This document shows, one piece after another, positions 1-13,259 of a DNA stretch of 51,349 nt. This DNA is from Chromera velia (Eukaryota). The notes under the pieces are model-generated. The model had not been told where the DNA came from. It searched no databases and saw nothing but the letters and a program-made list of their open reading frames with translations. The position numbers were made by a program, and so were the translations under genes. Every line of letters begins with the position of its first letter. Position 1 is the stretch's first letter. The DNA is taken from positions 1 to 51,349 of the forward strand of contig JAHBMJ010000271.1 of assembly GCA_018398765.1 (NCBI GenBank). Reading direction: 5' to 3'.

Positions 1-259
1 GAGGGAGGGAGGGAGGGAGTGAGTGAGGGAGGGAGGGAGGGAGGGAGTGAGGGAGTGAGTGAGTGAGTGAGGGAGGGAGGAAGGGAGGGAGTGAGTGAGT
101 GAGTCAGTCAGTCAGTGAGTGAGTGCATGAGTGAGTGAGTGAGTGAGTGAGTGAGTGAGTGACTGACTGAGGGGACAGTTCAAGGAAAGGGATTCAAGGG
201 GGTGAGGCAGAAGCGGTTGGGTTTGGGGTGATACACGTGGAAGTGTGGGGCTGCAAAAT

Positions 260-1111
260 CTACTCATCCAAAAGTGACTCCCAGTCGACATTTTTTGGGT
301 ACAAGGGACATCCATTCCGTGTGGGGGATTTCTCCTACAGAGGATTGGTTGGAAAAATGTTTGCAAAGAGGAGAACAGCGGCAGAAATACTCGGGAACCT
401 GGATGTACGGCTTCTGTGTCTATTTGCACAATTGGGTGACTGACCCTGAGGTCCTTCGCAGGCGGCACTTCCAGATTGGCGGGGGAGAATTCGAGAATTC
501 CGTTATCAAGAATCTCTTGGAAGCGGGCCTGTTGCTCTGCCGGCTTGTAGACATTGCTTCCTCTGTTCTTTTTTGTGTTGAAAATGTCCGAAGCGCTGTA
601 GATCATTCTCCGTTCTCTGTGGGAGAGCTTGCTCCCCTTCGGATAGGGCTTCTTGATGCTCCCCGCCTTCTCTGGAGGGACGCGGCGGGCAGTTCTGCAA
701 AAGGGAGCAGGAGCAGAGAGAAAGTTTCCCATGTTCAAAGGAGATTCTCGGTATGAATGCATGCAGACACGCATGTAAAACAAGAACAAAAGATATGTAC
801 CATGCGCATGTGAATCAACATCCATGCATGTGTGGAGATTGAATGACGTTGAATGAGTCTGTGCTGGCTTACCCTCTACGTAAACACAGAAGTCCTACTG
901 AAAAAAAAGTCTACAATGGGGCAGCCTTTCACGAACAGAAGGGTCTATTGACGTGCATGCAGAGCATCTGTGCATACATATCAAGGAACACGCAGACTCA
1001 CCTGAGTCTTGGGGAGTCTGTCGACTTCTCTCGGGTCTCGTTGTAGTTGGCGTGGTGCCAGAGAAGCTGAGGAGTTGACCCCGTACCGTTAGGGCCTTTC
1101 TTCGCCGGCAT
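260..1111 (-). CDS. Hypothetical protein, about 144 aa, 3 coding exons (1002-1111, 445-694, 260-334)
   Basis: GT-AG junctions join in phase: MPAKKG...SPRLR|TARRVPPEK...PAKDLR|EKSPTRNGCPLYPKNVDWESLLDE*. An acceptor at about 1178 suggests an upstream UTR or coding exon. No domain recognised. Confidence 0.55.
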
Positions 1112-1410
1112 CCTTCGTGCTTGGAAGCTGGAGAGAGAATCAAGGATGGATCCGACAAACCGAAAAACTTGGTCCTCCTGAGTAAATATATAGAAATCGG
1201 TGGGTGTTGTTAGACTGTCCCGGTTCCAAGTCGGAAGAGTGAGGAAAATCAATTTGACCGAAGCAAAGCAGGGGCACAACAGTGGAGCTCAAAACGTCTG
1301 GTGTCGGCAGTCAGCAGACCCATTTTATTTTATATATATAGGAGAGAAGAAATTGTTCCGTCAGGTTGTCAAACCGATCGGCCTTCGTCGCGGATGATCG
1401 AAGGAGACCA

Positions 1411-1426
1411 TGCATGCATGCATGCA
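1411..1426. promoter_or_regulatory. Tandem TGCATGCA motif (ApiAP2-type site) in a divergent promoter
   Basis: tgcatgcatgcatgca lies between the minus-strand gene and the kinesin ATG. TGCATGCA is an established apicomplexan ApiAP2-bound, over-represented motif. Confidence 0.4.
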
Positions 1427-1710
1427 CATGCACGTACGCGTACTGCATGCGATAGCTAGTCAGCCGATAGGCGCGCGAGTGCGCACCTCCGCGGGCCCTG
1501 CATGCACAACGCTTCGATTTTGCGCAAAGTCACAGATCTGCAAGGAATTGATGAAGTCTTGTATATAGCTAGCTGCTTCTGTTCACTGGCTGTTTCCTTT
1601 CTCTGCATCTGTCAGAGCATTTATCTTTACACACGATTCAGCATTCAAGATCTTTGACCAGAAACGAGAAGTCCTTTGAGTAATATAGTTGAAGTGCAAA
1701 GAACTCCGCA

Positions 1711-2371
1711 ATGACGTCTGTCAAAGTTGCTGTGCGCGTCCGACCTTTCAACGAGCGAGAGCGTAGCATGAAAGCACGCTGCTGCGTTGAAATGGTTGGT
1801 TTGTGTGGGCCTGCATCTCTATATATGTGGCTTTATATGTCATTTCAGTGATGAGTCACTTAAAGATTGAACTCTCGTTATCCTTTTCGTGCAGGTCGGT
1901 CCATGTACAAAATTGACTGACCTTGACTCCTCTGGCACGAAGGACTCCAGCAAGACCTTCACTTTCGACCATTCCTTTTGGTCATTTGACGGGTCAGTCA
2001 GTGCTTCTCTTTCTACGGTGCATTGGGTCCCGGCAGACAGCCGTGTGGGCTGCGTGAAGGAGCCTGCACATCTATGTGTGGCATTTGGATGTCTCTCAAG
2101 TTCACTGAAGGCCGCCAAATTTATACCGCCGAATACATGCGAAGGAATAAGCCCAGGTCTTCTTCTTCCACTCTGGTCGACTTATGAGGATGCTTGTACC
2201 TTCCAAAGCCCTTTGGTGCACTGAGTTCCGAGCTATCCGCTCCATTCCGTGTGTATATGTCCCAATGACATGGGTCTCACATGCTTTCTCTCGCTGTCGC
2301 TTTTTCTCCGCCCCCCCCNAGAAAGAGAAACAGAGACAGAGAAGCAGAGACAGAGACAGAGACAGAGACAC

Positions 2372-2422
<51 letters not shown>

Positions 2423-2450
2423 CACACACACACACACACACACAGAGAGA

Positions 2451-2512
<62 letters not shown>

Positions 2513-2525
2513 CAGAGACAGAGAC

Positions 2526-2560
<35 letters not shown>

Positions 2561-3079
2561 CAGAGACAGAGACAGAGACAGAGACAGACAGAGAGAGTGA
2601 GGGTCTTGCCTGCGTCCTCTCCCCCCTTTTCCCCAGACTTTCCTCCCCAACTGCCACTTGAAAAGTTCCTCTCGGAGCTTGTCTGTTGGCCGACTGACCG
2701 AAATGCAGGAAGGAGGCTGTGCATGTATGTGTGCGTGTGTGCAGATTCGACACAGACCCCAGCTCCGGCCTCCTCACGCCGAGCTCCTCCTCGTCCAACT
2801 ACGCAGACCAGGAGAAGGTATTCGATGCGCTTGGCCGTCAAGTTCTGGTCAGTCGAGGGATTGAATGGCCTCTATCGAAAGAGCGTGTGAGTTGGTGTCG
2901 GGGCGGGCGAACACATGAATGTACAAAGAGCAGGAGAGAGACGGGCATTTGTCGTTCAGTCGGCGGTTCTTGCTGCGAGTCGGTGTCATTTTGTGACGTT
3001 CATGTTGTGCTTATGTGCATGCCGTAATACATTTGGGCGCATGTGCGTGCGTATCTGCGTGTGTGTGTGTCTGTGTGTG

Positions 3080-3114
<35 letters not shown>

Positions 3115-3482
3115 TTCTGCGCATGTGTCTTGACAGCTGTGTATGTATGCACATTTCTTCATGCCTCCCCGACTGATTGCAGAACAACGCCTGGGAGGGG
3201 TACCACTGCTGTCTGTTTGCATACGGTCAGACAGGATCCGGGAAGAGTTACTCGATGATGGGGTACGGGGCCAACAGGGGGATCGTGCCTAAGTCTTGTG
3301 AGGAGATCTTCAAGCGCATAGCAGAGAACACAGAGCCGTCCAAGGTCTTTCAGGTCTCCTGTTCCATGATGGAGATCTACAACGAGTGCGTGCACGATCT
3401 GCTGCAACCACCAGCAACAAGAAAAAAGGTTCGAAGAGAAGAAAAGGGGGAGAGCTATCCACATGGAATCGCATGGCAAGAA

Positions 3483-3523
<41 letters not shown>

Positions 3524-6500
3524 TCATGCCTGGACACACGCCCTTAAGCATACAGTGAAAGAGAGAGTATGATTGCATGAAGGAGCTCCATTCCTTTCAT
3601 TGTTCCTCCCTGTCTGTTGATGGCAGACAGATCGAAAGCGACAAAAAGGGACTCACAACAGAGGGAGGCCCAGCGATTGCATTTCATTCTTGCCATGGGG
3701 TCGTGAGGGAATGGGATCATCTGCCCTCGGATGTGTTATTTTTTCCTGCGCGGCATTTTTCTTGTGAGCTGCTTTAAATTTCCCTTTCTGCACGCGTCCA
3801 ATTCATGTGTCTTTCTGTAAGCGTTTGTGTTTGTTTTTGGTTTGTCTATCTGTCCATTGTCTACATCATTTTTCTCCACAAGGGTCCGTTTATGCATTAT
3901 TTATGTGCCAGGGTTTCAAAGAGTGTGAGTCTATGTGTGATTGATTGATTGCGTCTGTAAATTTTCCCTGCAGGGTGGATTAGAAATTCGAGAGTCGAAG
4001 CAGCTTGGAGTATTCGTCCCTCAGTTGAGCAGCCGTGCGGTGTCTTCGTTTGAGGACATCGAGAAGGTGATCGACCAGGGAAACAGACACCGTTCGATAG
4101 GGGCCACTCTGATGAACATGTCAGTGCAGGCAGCGATGGGTGCATGTGAAAGTGCTGTTGCATTCATTGGCTACTGGGGGAATGGGAAAATGAGGGGGGG
4201 ATTTGCCGACAGATGAGACGTATTTTCATTGTAATTTGACTGCAAAGAAGAGAGCAGGAGTCATGCTCCTCTCCTCTTTTTCTCTGCAAATAGTTAATTT
4301 ACTTCAACTTCCCCCCCCCTCTCTCAAATTCTCTCCTTGACTGCGCCCCAACAGGATACGCTCTATCGTCACGAGACAGTGTCTTATCTTCTCTCTGTCT
4401 CTGTCTCTGTCGCTGTGTCTCTTCCCTGATTTCTGTTTCTTGTATTGTCCTGCCTGATCCTGCTACACGCTGCATGCAGGACATCATCAAGAGCCCACAC
4501 TGTGCTCTCGATTGAGTTCGCTCAGAAAGGCCTTTCTGGAACAAAGAGGTGGGTCGGTCCATCTGTCTGTCTGTTCGTCTGTCTGTCTGTCAGAAGAGAA
4601 AGAATACCTGTGGAGAGATTCATCCAGAGTGAGAGAGTGCCTTCAAGTTTGAGTGGACCCTTTTTCGTGTCAGGCTGTACTGATCTGCCTGGGTGCATAA
4701 CTATCTGTGCGTGCGGTTAACTGTTTGTGTCCATACCATGTGGAGCCTCAAGGCATGCCCCCCCCCACTCTCAAATGCCCGCATCGAAAAACTGCCCCCA
4801 TTCTTCTCCCGCAGGTCTGTGATTCACCTTGTTGACCTCGCGGGTTCTGAGAAAAACTCCCAAACGGGAGCGTCGGGGGACAGACTGAAGGAGGGATGCG
4901 CAATCAACAAATCTCTGTCGGTACTTGGCAATGTGATTTGCACACTGGCGGATTTAGCATCTGGTCAGCTGACTCGCAGAAGGGAGTGGAAAAAAAGGCA
5001 AGAGAATTCTTCATCGATGTAAGCCTGCTGAGAGATCTGTCGCATCTCATCAAAAACATTCCTTTCGACGCTTTTTCTTTCCCTTTTTTCTTCTGCAGGA
5101 AGACGAAAGAGCGCGGTGATTCCCTACCGAGACTCCAGACTGACCCGAATTCTCCAAAACGCTCTCGGGGGCTCATGCCAGACAGTCATGGTGTGCGCCA
5201 TCTCTCCGGTAGGTTTGTCTGACGGTGGACCGGGAAATCTGTCATCAATCTAAAGGGAATCGGAATAGGGGTTCTGTCACAAATTCTCCAGAACAGGGAG
5301 GTACCTGAGGATCGACTCTCACACCATTGAACTCTGTGTTGGGCTGGTTGAATCAAACCAAATGCGTGAAAGAAAGAGTGGGAGAATGAAATTTCCCTCT
5401 TGAATGATGTGGCCAGGTGTATGTCCTGCTGCTTCTGTGCTGTTTAAGCAGGTCTCTGTGCATGTGCGTGTGTGTCTTTAATTTGCATGGAATCGTAATT
5501 TCCATTCATTTCTGCAACTTGGCTTGCTTTCCTTCCGTCTCCTTGAGATCAGGCTTCAGTCAACTTTGACGAATCGCTCTCAACGCTGCGCTATGCAGGT
5601 GGGTGGGTGGATTTGGAAGGAAGAAGTTCCTCGGGAAAAGAGTGCGGGGGAAAGAGAAGAGAGGAGAGGAGAGGAAAACAAACCACGCACAGACTTCAAA
5701 GAGCCAAGCAACTTTTTGAGCAAACCACCGCATCTTCTTGCATAGTCACAATTAATGTCCGCTTGATGTTTGACTTGGCTCTTCAACACTCACTGGCAGT
5801 ACGAATTCCTTCATTTGAGTGACTCCCTCTCGAGATCCCTCACCTGACATATGCTCTTCTCTCATTTGTTCTGACTTTCACTCAGTGATTCAGCTTGCAT
5901 CTACACCAATCTAAGTGAGTGTTTGCCTGTGTACCTGCCTGCCTTCAGACCGTGCGAAGAAGATCAAGAACCACGCGGTGATCAACGAAGACCCGACAGA
6001 CGCCCTCCTCAGGGGGCTGAAGGAAGAGAACGAAAGGTTGAAGGCGCTACTCTCAGGTCAGACAGAGTTTTCACATTAGGTGGATATACACGCATGTGTT
6101 ATTTAAGCAGATTGTCTAAACTTTGAAATGAGCCGCTTCTCTTCTCTTCTCTTCTTTTCATTTCCTGATCTCATTTCCCCCCGTGGTCCTTTTCTGATTC
6201 CCTCCTTCCTTCCATCAGGCTGCATTTGCACAAGAATTTTGAGCACGCCTCTTCTGCTGCTGCTGCTGCTGCCGTCATGTATATGTATGGCTTCAACCAT
6301 GCAGGCGGCGGGTCTGCATCCGCTCGAATGTCCATGCTCGAGGATGAAGAGAAGGAGAACGAGGAGATGGAAAGGCTGAGGAGAGAACAGGAAGAAGAAA
6401 TCAAAGCAATGGAGTCACAAATCGTCAGTGGACTCAATCATTACTGTCTCTCTAATTCTCTGTGTTTTTTTTCTGTCTCTTCCGCATATGTGAGTAAGTT

Positions 6501-9500
6501 CAGCGTGCCACCATTTCTCTTCATAGAAAGATAGAGCGGTTTCTTCTCTAGTCTGCCAGCCTGTCTTTTGGCATGAGAGCCACCCGGTGGGTCCTTCTGT
6601 TCTTTCTGTGCCCTCTCCTTGCACGCCTGCAGAGAGAAATGTCGAAGAGCTGGGAACAAAAACTCCGAGAGGCCAGAGAGGCTGCCGCTGCTGCCTCTGC
6701 TTCCTCAGGTGTCGAATCTTTTCATCCGTCTACAGCCTCATCGTCATCTTCTTCTTCGACCTCCTCTTCAGCTGCGTTTGAGAGAAGCAAGTCAAGGGCA
6801 GAAATTGAGGCAGGCGCTCACCTGACGAATGTGAACGCAGACCCGATTCTTTCAGGGCGTCTCAGCTTTGCCCTTCCCTCCAAACCCTCAAAGCCGGTGT
6901 GTATAGGGCGAAAGGCTGGAGGAGGAGGAGGAGGAGGAGGCGCTTCTCAAGCAGACATCCAGCTGCCTGGAGTCTCCATCGAGGAGTCAGTCTGAAAATC
7001 TCTGGAACCTCTTGTTCAGATTTGTTGATTTTGAAGCACACATCGAGCTATTTGCAGCTTTCCTTGAGAAGTCAGCTGGCAGAGGCATCAAAGAAGTCAG
7101 ATGACAAAGCCAGTGCAGTCCTTGACCTAACCACTCAACGATGCACCGAAAGACGAGTATGTGCATATGTGAGCGTGTGCTATTGCTGAATCTCTGTAAG
7201 AGTGTTTCTTCAATGTAGCCAGAATTTCAACGCGAAACCGCACAGGGAGGCTGCATTCGCATCTCGCACATATCATCAATGCTGGCACATGCACATTTTC
7301 GTCCATGCCCCTCCATTGTCTGCACAAATCCACAGGCTGCCATATCTGTGCAGACGTCCGCAACATTGAAATTAAAAACGGAGGATGGATGCGCCACGTA
7401 CCTTCAACAAAAACGCCGGATAAATTAATGGAAAAACAGCTCGCATGATTTGGCTGGAGGATACAAATTAATGGGTGTCATGTAGTGTAAGCCTAAAATG
7501 TCCTGTATGAGAAGAAACAATTCGGTGTTTCTTTGCTCTCTATGTCTGCAGAAGGCACTGCAAAATAGAGAGGGACGACAACGGCGGTCTTGTCCTTGTT
7601 GTCGAGGACGGGGCAGAGGGGACGTTTGTGAACGGAAAGAGCCCTGCAAAGTGAGTGAGTACATCGGGGGGGGGGCAGAATGCAGGGCTGCATGTGATGT
7701 ACAACTTTCTCTCTTTGCGTCGCTTTGTCTTGGTAAGGATGAGGATCTCTTTTGATTTCTTTCATCTCTGCTGATTCTTTCGGTTTCTATTTACTTGTCC
7801 ATGAGAGAATGTTACAGCTTTCTTGGTGATTTGGATTTTTGTTCTTGTGCAGAGGCACCCGGGTTTCCCTCAACCACGGTGATCGCGTCGTTCTGGGTGC
7901 GGACTTTTGCTACGCCTTTGTTGTGTGTTTGCCGGGAAATGACCGAGAGGACACTCTGACCAACACCCCTCATACCCAAATGATGCGAGAGGTTGCGGCA
8001 CAGCAAGGACACCTGAAGGATAGGAGTGGGGCAATTTTGAAGAGAGAGAAGGAACGGGCAGAACTGGAGAGACGGCTGAATGTAGCACTGGATGGACAGA
8101 GACGAGCGGAGAAGGCGGCGAAGGAAAGTTTGGCTCGGAAGGAAAAAGAAATGATTGAGGAAATACAAGTCAGTGGCCTGTGTGAATTAAAGACACAATA
8201 GGGGGATCGGATGGAAATCCAAGTGACTGATTGATTCCTCGGTCTGCGTGTGTGAGTGTGGTTTTGGCAACGGTCATCAGACAAACGTTTATGCTGTGAT
8301 AACCCGCGACTCTTACTGTTCCCTTTCTCGTACGGGACTCTCATGCATCCAGTGTTGCACGCCCCTTTTCAGGAATTAACTCGGAACGGACATACCTCTA
8401 CAATAGCAGATGATGGTGCTGAACTTTTTGAACACAGTCGATTACGGTGTCGTCAAAAGTGACGTAATTAATCTCTGTGCCAAACTTGATCTTTCTTGTT
8501 CTCTCTGCCCTTCCGTCTGTTTTCTTCTGCAGCTTTGGGAAGCTCGAAGGAAAAGCACAGAGGAGATCTCAGAGCACCGCAAGCGACTCTTCAGAGAGCT
8601 CGCTGCCTTCCGGAGAGAAAGCGAGGAGGCACTTCTCCGTCTCCGTCTGGAGGTGGATCACCTGAGGGGAGAACTGAAGGAGGCAGAGACAGAGGCACAG
8701 AGGGCTGAGGAAGAGGAGAGGTTCTTGGAGGAGCGACTCATGATAGTCCTGCCTCTTGTCAGAGTCAGTCTGTCTGTACGTCTTCTTCCTAAATGAATTC
8801 TTTTTGTGTCTTTTTCTTTTCCACTCGAGAGAGAGACGGCTCCGCTGCATGTGCGCTCAGTCTCTTCTGAGTGAATCGAGGGGAGGAGGTTCTCGGTGGG
8901 GTTCTCTTTGTTGCACTACCACCAAAGTGATCCTGGCAGAAATTTCTGCTCCTGAAAACGTACAAACAAACAAATAAACAAAAGAGAGATGGACCGCGAA
9001 GGACATCAGCGAAGAGAACGGTGTCTGATTGCATGTGGTCTTTCTGCATCTCTTTGACTGGTTGAACGCAATGGTGCTGATCTATTTGTGTCACCTCTGC
9101 GGTATGAATAAAGAAAAGTGACGTGACCTGATCCTTCGCTGATGGTTTTTGATAATTAAGTGTGTGTGACGCAGGGCGAAGAGGCATCTAAGCTCCCAAA
9201 AGAAACGTCCATGAACCCCTTTGAGCTGCTTGATTTGAGTCCCCTGCATGCAGGAGGCGAATCTGATTGCAAAAAAACTGTCGAAGCCCTACCACCTGGA
9301 TTGTGCTATTTCCGTCTCCAGAGAGGCGAACAATTTTCGGAATTCCTCTCTGGGCAGAAGTGCGCAGACTCAGCGGTCGTCACGGAGACGGCGGGCTGAC
9401 GTGACCGTGCCAGTGACCTATCAAGGAGAGCACGTGTACGACTGGTCACTAGACATCCTGGACAATCGCATCTTTTTGATGAGGGACTGGTTCGAGAACT

Positions 9501-12087
9501 TTATTGAAGCAGGTGGGTCGGTGGGCTAACGATTGGTTCTCTCTCTCGAGGGTGGAACATTTTGGGCGTCTCGTGTTTGTTGTCTTTTCGGATTCCTATG
9601 GCTGGGAGTCATGCTGAGAAGGTGGTTCTACCTCTTAATTGCTACAGGAGCTGTATGTGTCCTCTGGCGAGGGAGGGGCCGCGGTCCGATCCTGTTCAGA
9701 AAGAGAAGGGAGAAAACGGGGGGTATGCGTTCTAGCTCTCCAGTGATGCATGGCACTTGATTGTTTAGAACTCTCTAGAGCTCTCGGGTCTGCGTGAGAT
9801 ACTTCAGGGGACCTCGAGGGGGGAAAGGGAAGGGGAAAGAAAGAAAGGTGAAAGCCAAAAGAAAATCGGGGGAGGGAGAGAACGGCTGCATGCCCTCAGA
9901 GGGGTTCGATCTGCACGGCTGCATATGAAGTTTGTTTCTTCTGCTGACTCTGCATGCGATGCACTGCAGGTGAGGAAGGTTCTGGTTGTTTGGCGTTTCT
10001 GGAAGAAGAAGAGGACCCATGGTGGGACCCTATCCCAGGAGACAGACCGATCGGAACAGCGCAGCTCCTTCTCGAGCCTCTGTCTATGCAATTGGAGTCT
10101 GAATCCACCGTACGAGTGGTGGACTCATCTGGCCGTGTGGCGGGGAGTCTTCAAGTGGGAGTGTTCCCAGTGAGTCCGGAGGGGGGGGAGGTGGCAGAGG
10201 AGTGTTTGGTAGAGGACCCAGAGGAGCTCATAGGAACAAGAATGGACTTCAAGGTGAAGGTGGGTGAGTCTCTCTACACTTCCCTTCCCTTCTCTTCTCT
10301 TCCTCTCGCTTTCTCTCTCCTTCTCACTAAGTGTGGAAATGTGTGTGAAATGTGTGTCTAAGAGAAACAATGAATGAAGGGCCGTCTTCTTGACACTTAG
10401 AGGCCAAGAGAGAAAGAGTTGTTTCGTCACGAACAGGAATCGAGGTAACCTTCTTCTGAAAATCCAGGCGCTCAGCTGATGTTTTGATGTGCCCGTGCAG
10501 ATCCTGAGTGCGGCAGGACTGCCAGCCCGGTTAAGTACGGAGGTGCGGGTCTCCTTCAAATGGTTTCTCGGAGACACCACAGCCGGAGATGAAAAAGACA
10601 AAGAGGAGGGCAAACCGGCAGCGTTCGTGGCACACGCACTGGAAAGGCAAAGCGAGAACCCGAGTTTTTTGTGGGAGAAACACATTATGCAGGAGACAGT
10701 CACTCCTCTCTTCCTTCAATGGCTTCAGACAGGGTTCTTGTCCTTCGAAGTTTCAGGACAGGTCCGTGAAAGCGAACAAACAAAAGGGGTGGGGGCCGAG
10801 GGTGACTTGGTCAGCAAAGGGAAGCAAAAAGAAGAACAGAGAAGTTCAGCCGATTGGCACACCCAACGTATGTCTGCAGGCACGTATAGAGATTGAAGCT
10901 TTTTATTTTCTGTGTGCGAGTTTCTATTATCACAAGTGTATTGTTGCATGAAAGTGTTGCAGGACGCGAAGGCAGCTGCAGCAGCTGCGTCGCGCGTGTA
11001 CAGGGGAAGCCGCACAGAATTCGGTGAGAGCGCTCCGACTTCCTCCAGAGCCTCTCGAGTTGCCTCACCCCTCTGGTCTCCTTCAAGCTCCCGCCCCGAC
11101 TCCAGACATGTCACCGTCACATCTCCACAGGCGGCTGCGGCACAAGCAGCAGCGGCCGCAGCTTCCGTGGCTCGACCCTGGTCTGCTCAGGGGGGCAGCA
11201 TTGGGGGTGTTGCGCGTTTTCTGGCTCCTCCTCTTCCAGGAGAGTCAGACGGTTCAGGGGATCTCTACGGAACCGAAGGGGGAGCACACAACAGCAACAG
11301 CAGGATGCGAATGAACAGAGCACGTACGCGTAGTCTGCCTGCTGTGTTGGAGGAGGATGAAGGGGGAGAGGAGTCAACCAGGCGGGGGGATACGTTTAGG
11401 GACAGAGACAACAACACACGGAGAAGCTCGGCGATTGCAGAGACGAGGCGAAACTCGGCGATTGCAGAGACAACAGAGAGAGCCAAGCCACGATACGCAA
11501 GGATCAGAAAAGAGGTGCCGAGAAGTGAGTGAGTGAATACATTCTTTCTTTGCTTTTGTTTTAGCTCTGTTTCATCTTGATCATAGACAGAAGGGAGAGT
11601 CCATTTCCCTTGCGAGACAAAGAGTCAAATACTGCAAGCAAGAGTAAGAGAGGGTAGAAAGGAGGCGAGTGATAATCAAGAGCAAAGGCATGATGCAGGA
11701 ATTCAATGGAGGAGCTGATTGACGATTCTCGGTTACCATTCTATAATGAAAAGTCGCACCAAAAACGATTCATTCAGTCTTTGGATCAGTACCGAAAAGC
11801 TAGTGAAATCGACCCATGCAGCCGCGTTTCATGTGCTGGCTTATGATGCCTCAAAATAGTAACAATTTTTTCTTTGATCCTTTTCTTATCGCATCTGCAC
11901 CGCTGTCGTCTCTGGTTCCCGACCGCAAATAAAGCCGCCAGAGAAAAGAAAAGGAAGCAGGAAGCAACAGGAAACCGAATGACTTCAAATCGTTCCTTTC
12001 CCTCTGTGCTCCGCTCTCTCTTTCTTCTTTGCAGATGAAGAGCTGCTCGCTGCAAACCAGAAGACGAGAGCCTGCGCAGTCCAGTGA
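1711..12087 (+). CDS. Kinesin-3 family motor (KIF28/KLP-6-like): motor, FHA, coiled coils, kinesin-3 tail and C-terminal CaaX, about 1233 aa
   Basis: 20 phase-consistent exons: 1711-1794, 1895-1992, 2745-2847, 3183-3428, 3974-4119, 4480-4548, 4815-4963, 5099-5208, 5553-5598, 5949-6056, 6305-6423, 6633-6985, 7552-7650, 7853-8168, 8533-8763, 9254-9512, 9970-10259, 10501-10761, 10963-11524, 12035-12087. Motor motifs [22 protein letters not shown] (P-loop), [35 protein letters not shown] motifs IGR...HC...FVNG...[10 protein letters not shown]. Tail motifs [20 protein letters not shown]. Confidence 0.95.
2325..2598. repeat. Compound GAGACA/GACA/CA/GA microsatellite in kinesin intron 2
   Basis: Visible tandem repeats. 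Confidence 0.95.
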
Positions 12088-12412
12088 CCGAGCTATCGAC
12101 ATGCACGGCATATGGAGTTGGAGCCGGAGCCGGCATTTTTTTCTTTTGCAGTGAATCATCGACCATGGACTTCTTAGGAGATACTGACAGCGTTGTATTT
12201 CTCACCGGTCAGGCGGAGTTTCAAGTTGGATCTGCATGTGAAAAGGGCGTTGTGATTTGTGAGCTGATTTGACATAAAGCTCATAATTACATAATCCACC
12301 AGTGCAGGCTCTACCTGAGACTTACAGTACACCGCTTATTCCAGAAGTTGCATTGCTTGATATACATTCAATTAAGCTCTCCTTATATTATATATATATT
12401 TTTGATTGATTG

Positions 12413-12449
<37 letters not shown>

Positions 12450-13259
12450 CATATATAGCACATATCATATCGCCATCTGCCAGTGGATCTAGATCGATCT
12501 GGGTTCTAGTACTAGGGACTCCATAGATATTTTTATCCATAGAGGCGATTCTAGCTACTAATGTATATTAAAGTATCCGTCAATCATATAATCACTATTA
12601 ATTATGCAGTCGCGGTGTATCTCCAGATAGCATTAGTCTGCCATTAGATGGCATCTTTGGATAAGAATAATAAGATTTTTGGATGAGATCTTCAGATAGC
12701 ATCTCTCGTTAAAGAATCAAATTAAAAAAGACTCGGAAGCTGCGTACGTGTTTTTGCTTCCGGGTTTAGTTGGTAGATTGTTTCACAGCCCAGATTGCCT
12801 CTATTTACCCTATTTATAGTAGTAATTTTATACCCTAATTTAATAGCTAGGGCCGTATTAGGGCGTAGGCTAGCTGTTAAAATAAAATTAGTAAACAGAA
12901 GTTACAGAACTGCCTCTGATGTCCGTGCATTGCCGCCAAACGTCAAACAACTAGAAATAAGCTGATGGCGACATCAGCGATTTAGAAAGCATCTTCTAGG
13001 TGCAGGGTGTTTAGAGTTGCGAGAATGAAGCCCCCTCCCGTTGTATGATGCAGGTCTGGCAAAGGGGCGATAAAGCATTGTCCTAGACTCATGCACTGCA
13101 TGATGGCCTATAGACCGATTAATAATGATAATAATGATAATGATAATGATGTATGATGATGATGATGCATTGTATGATGGCCTATATAGGCCAACCCAAA
13201 ATAATGATGATGATGATGCATGCATGATGTCATGATGATGATGAGTTTACAATCCTAGT

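Noticed and set aside
2102..2890. Long overlapping ORFs rich in RD, SL and ET repeats
   Set aside because: Translations of an intronic microsatellite
10912..11532. Stop at 11530-11532 as the kinesin C-terminus
   Set aside because: A strong donor at 11525 and an in-phase CaaX exon give a better model; kept only as a possible retention isoform
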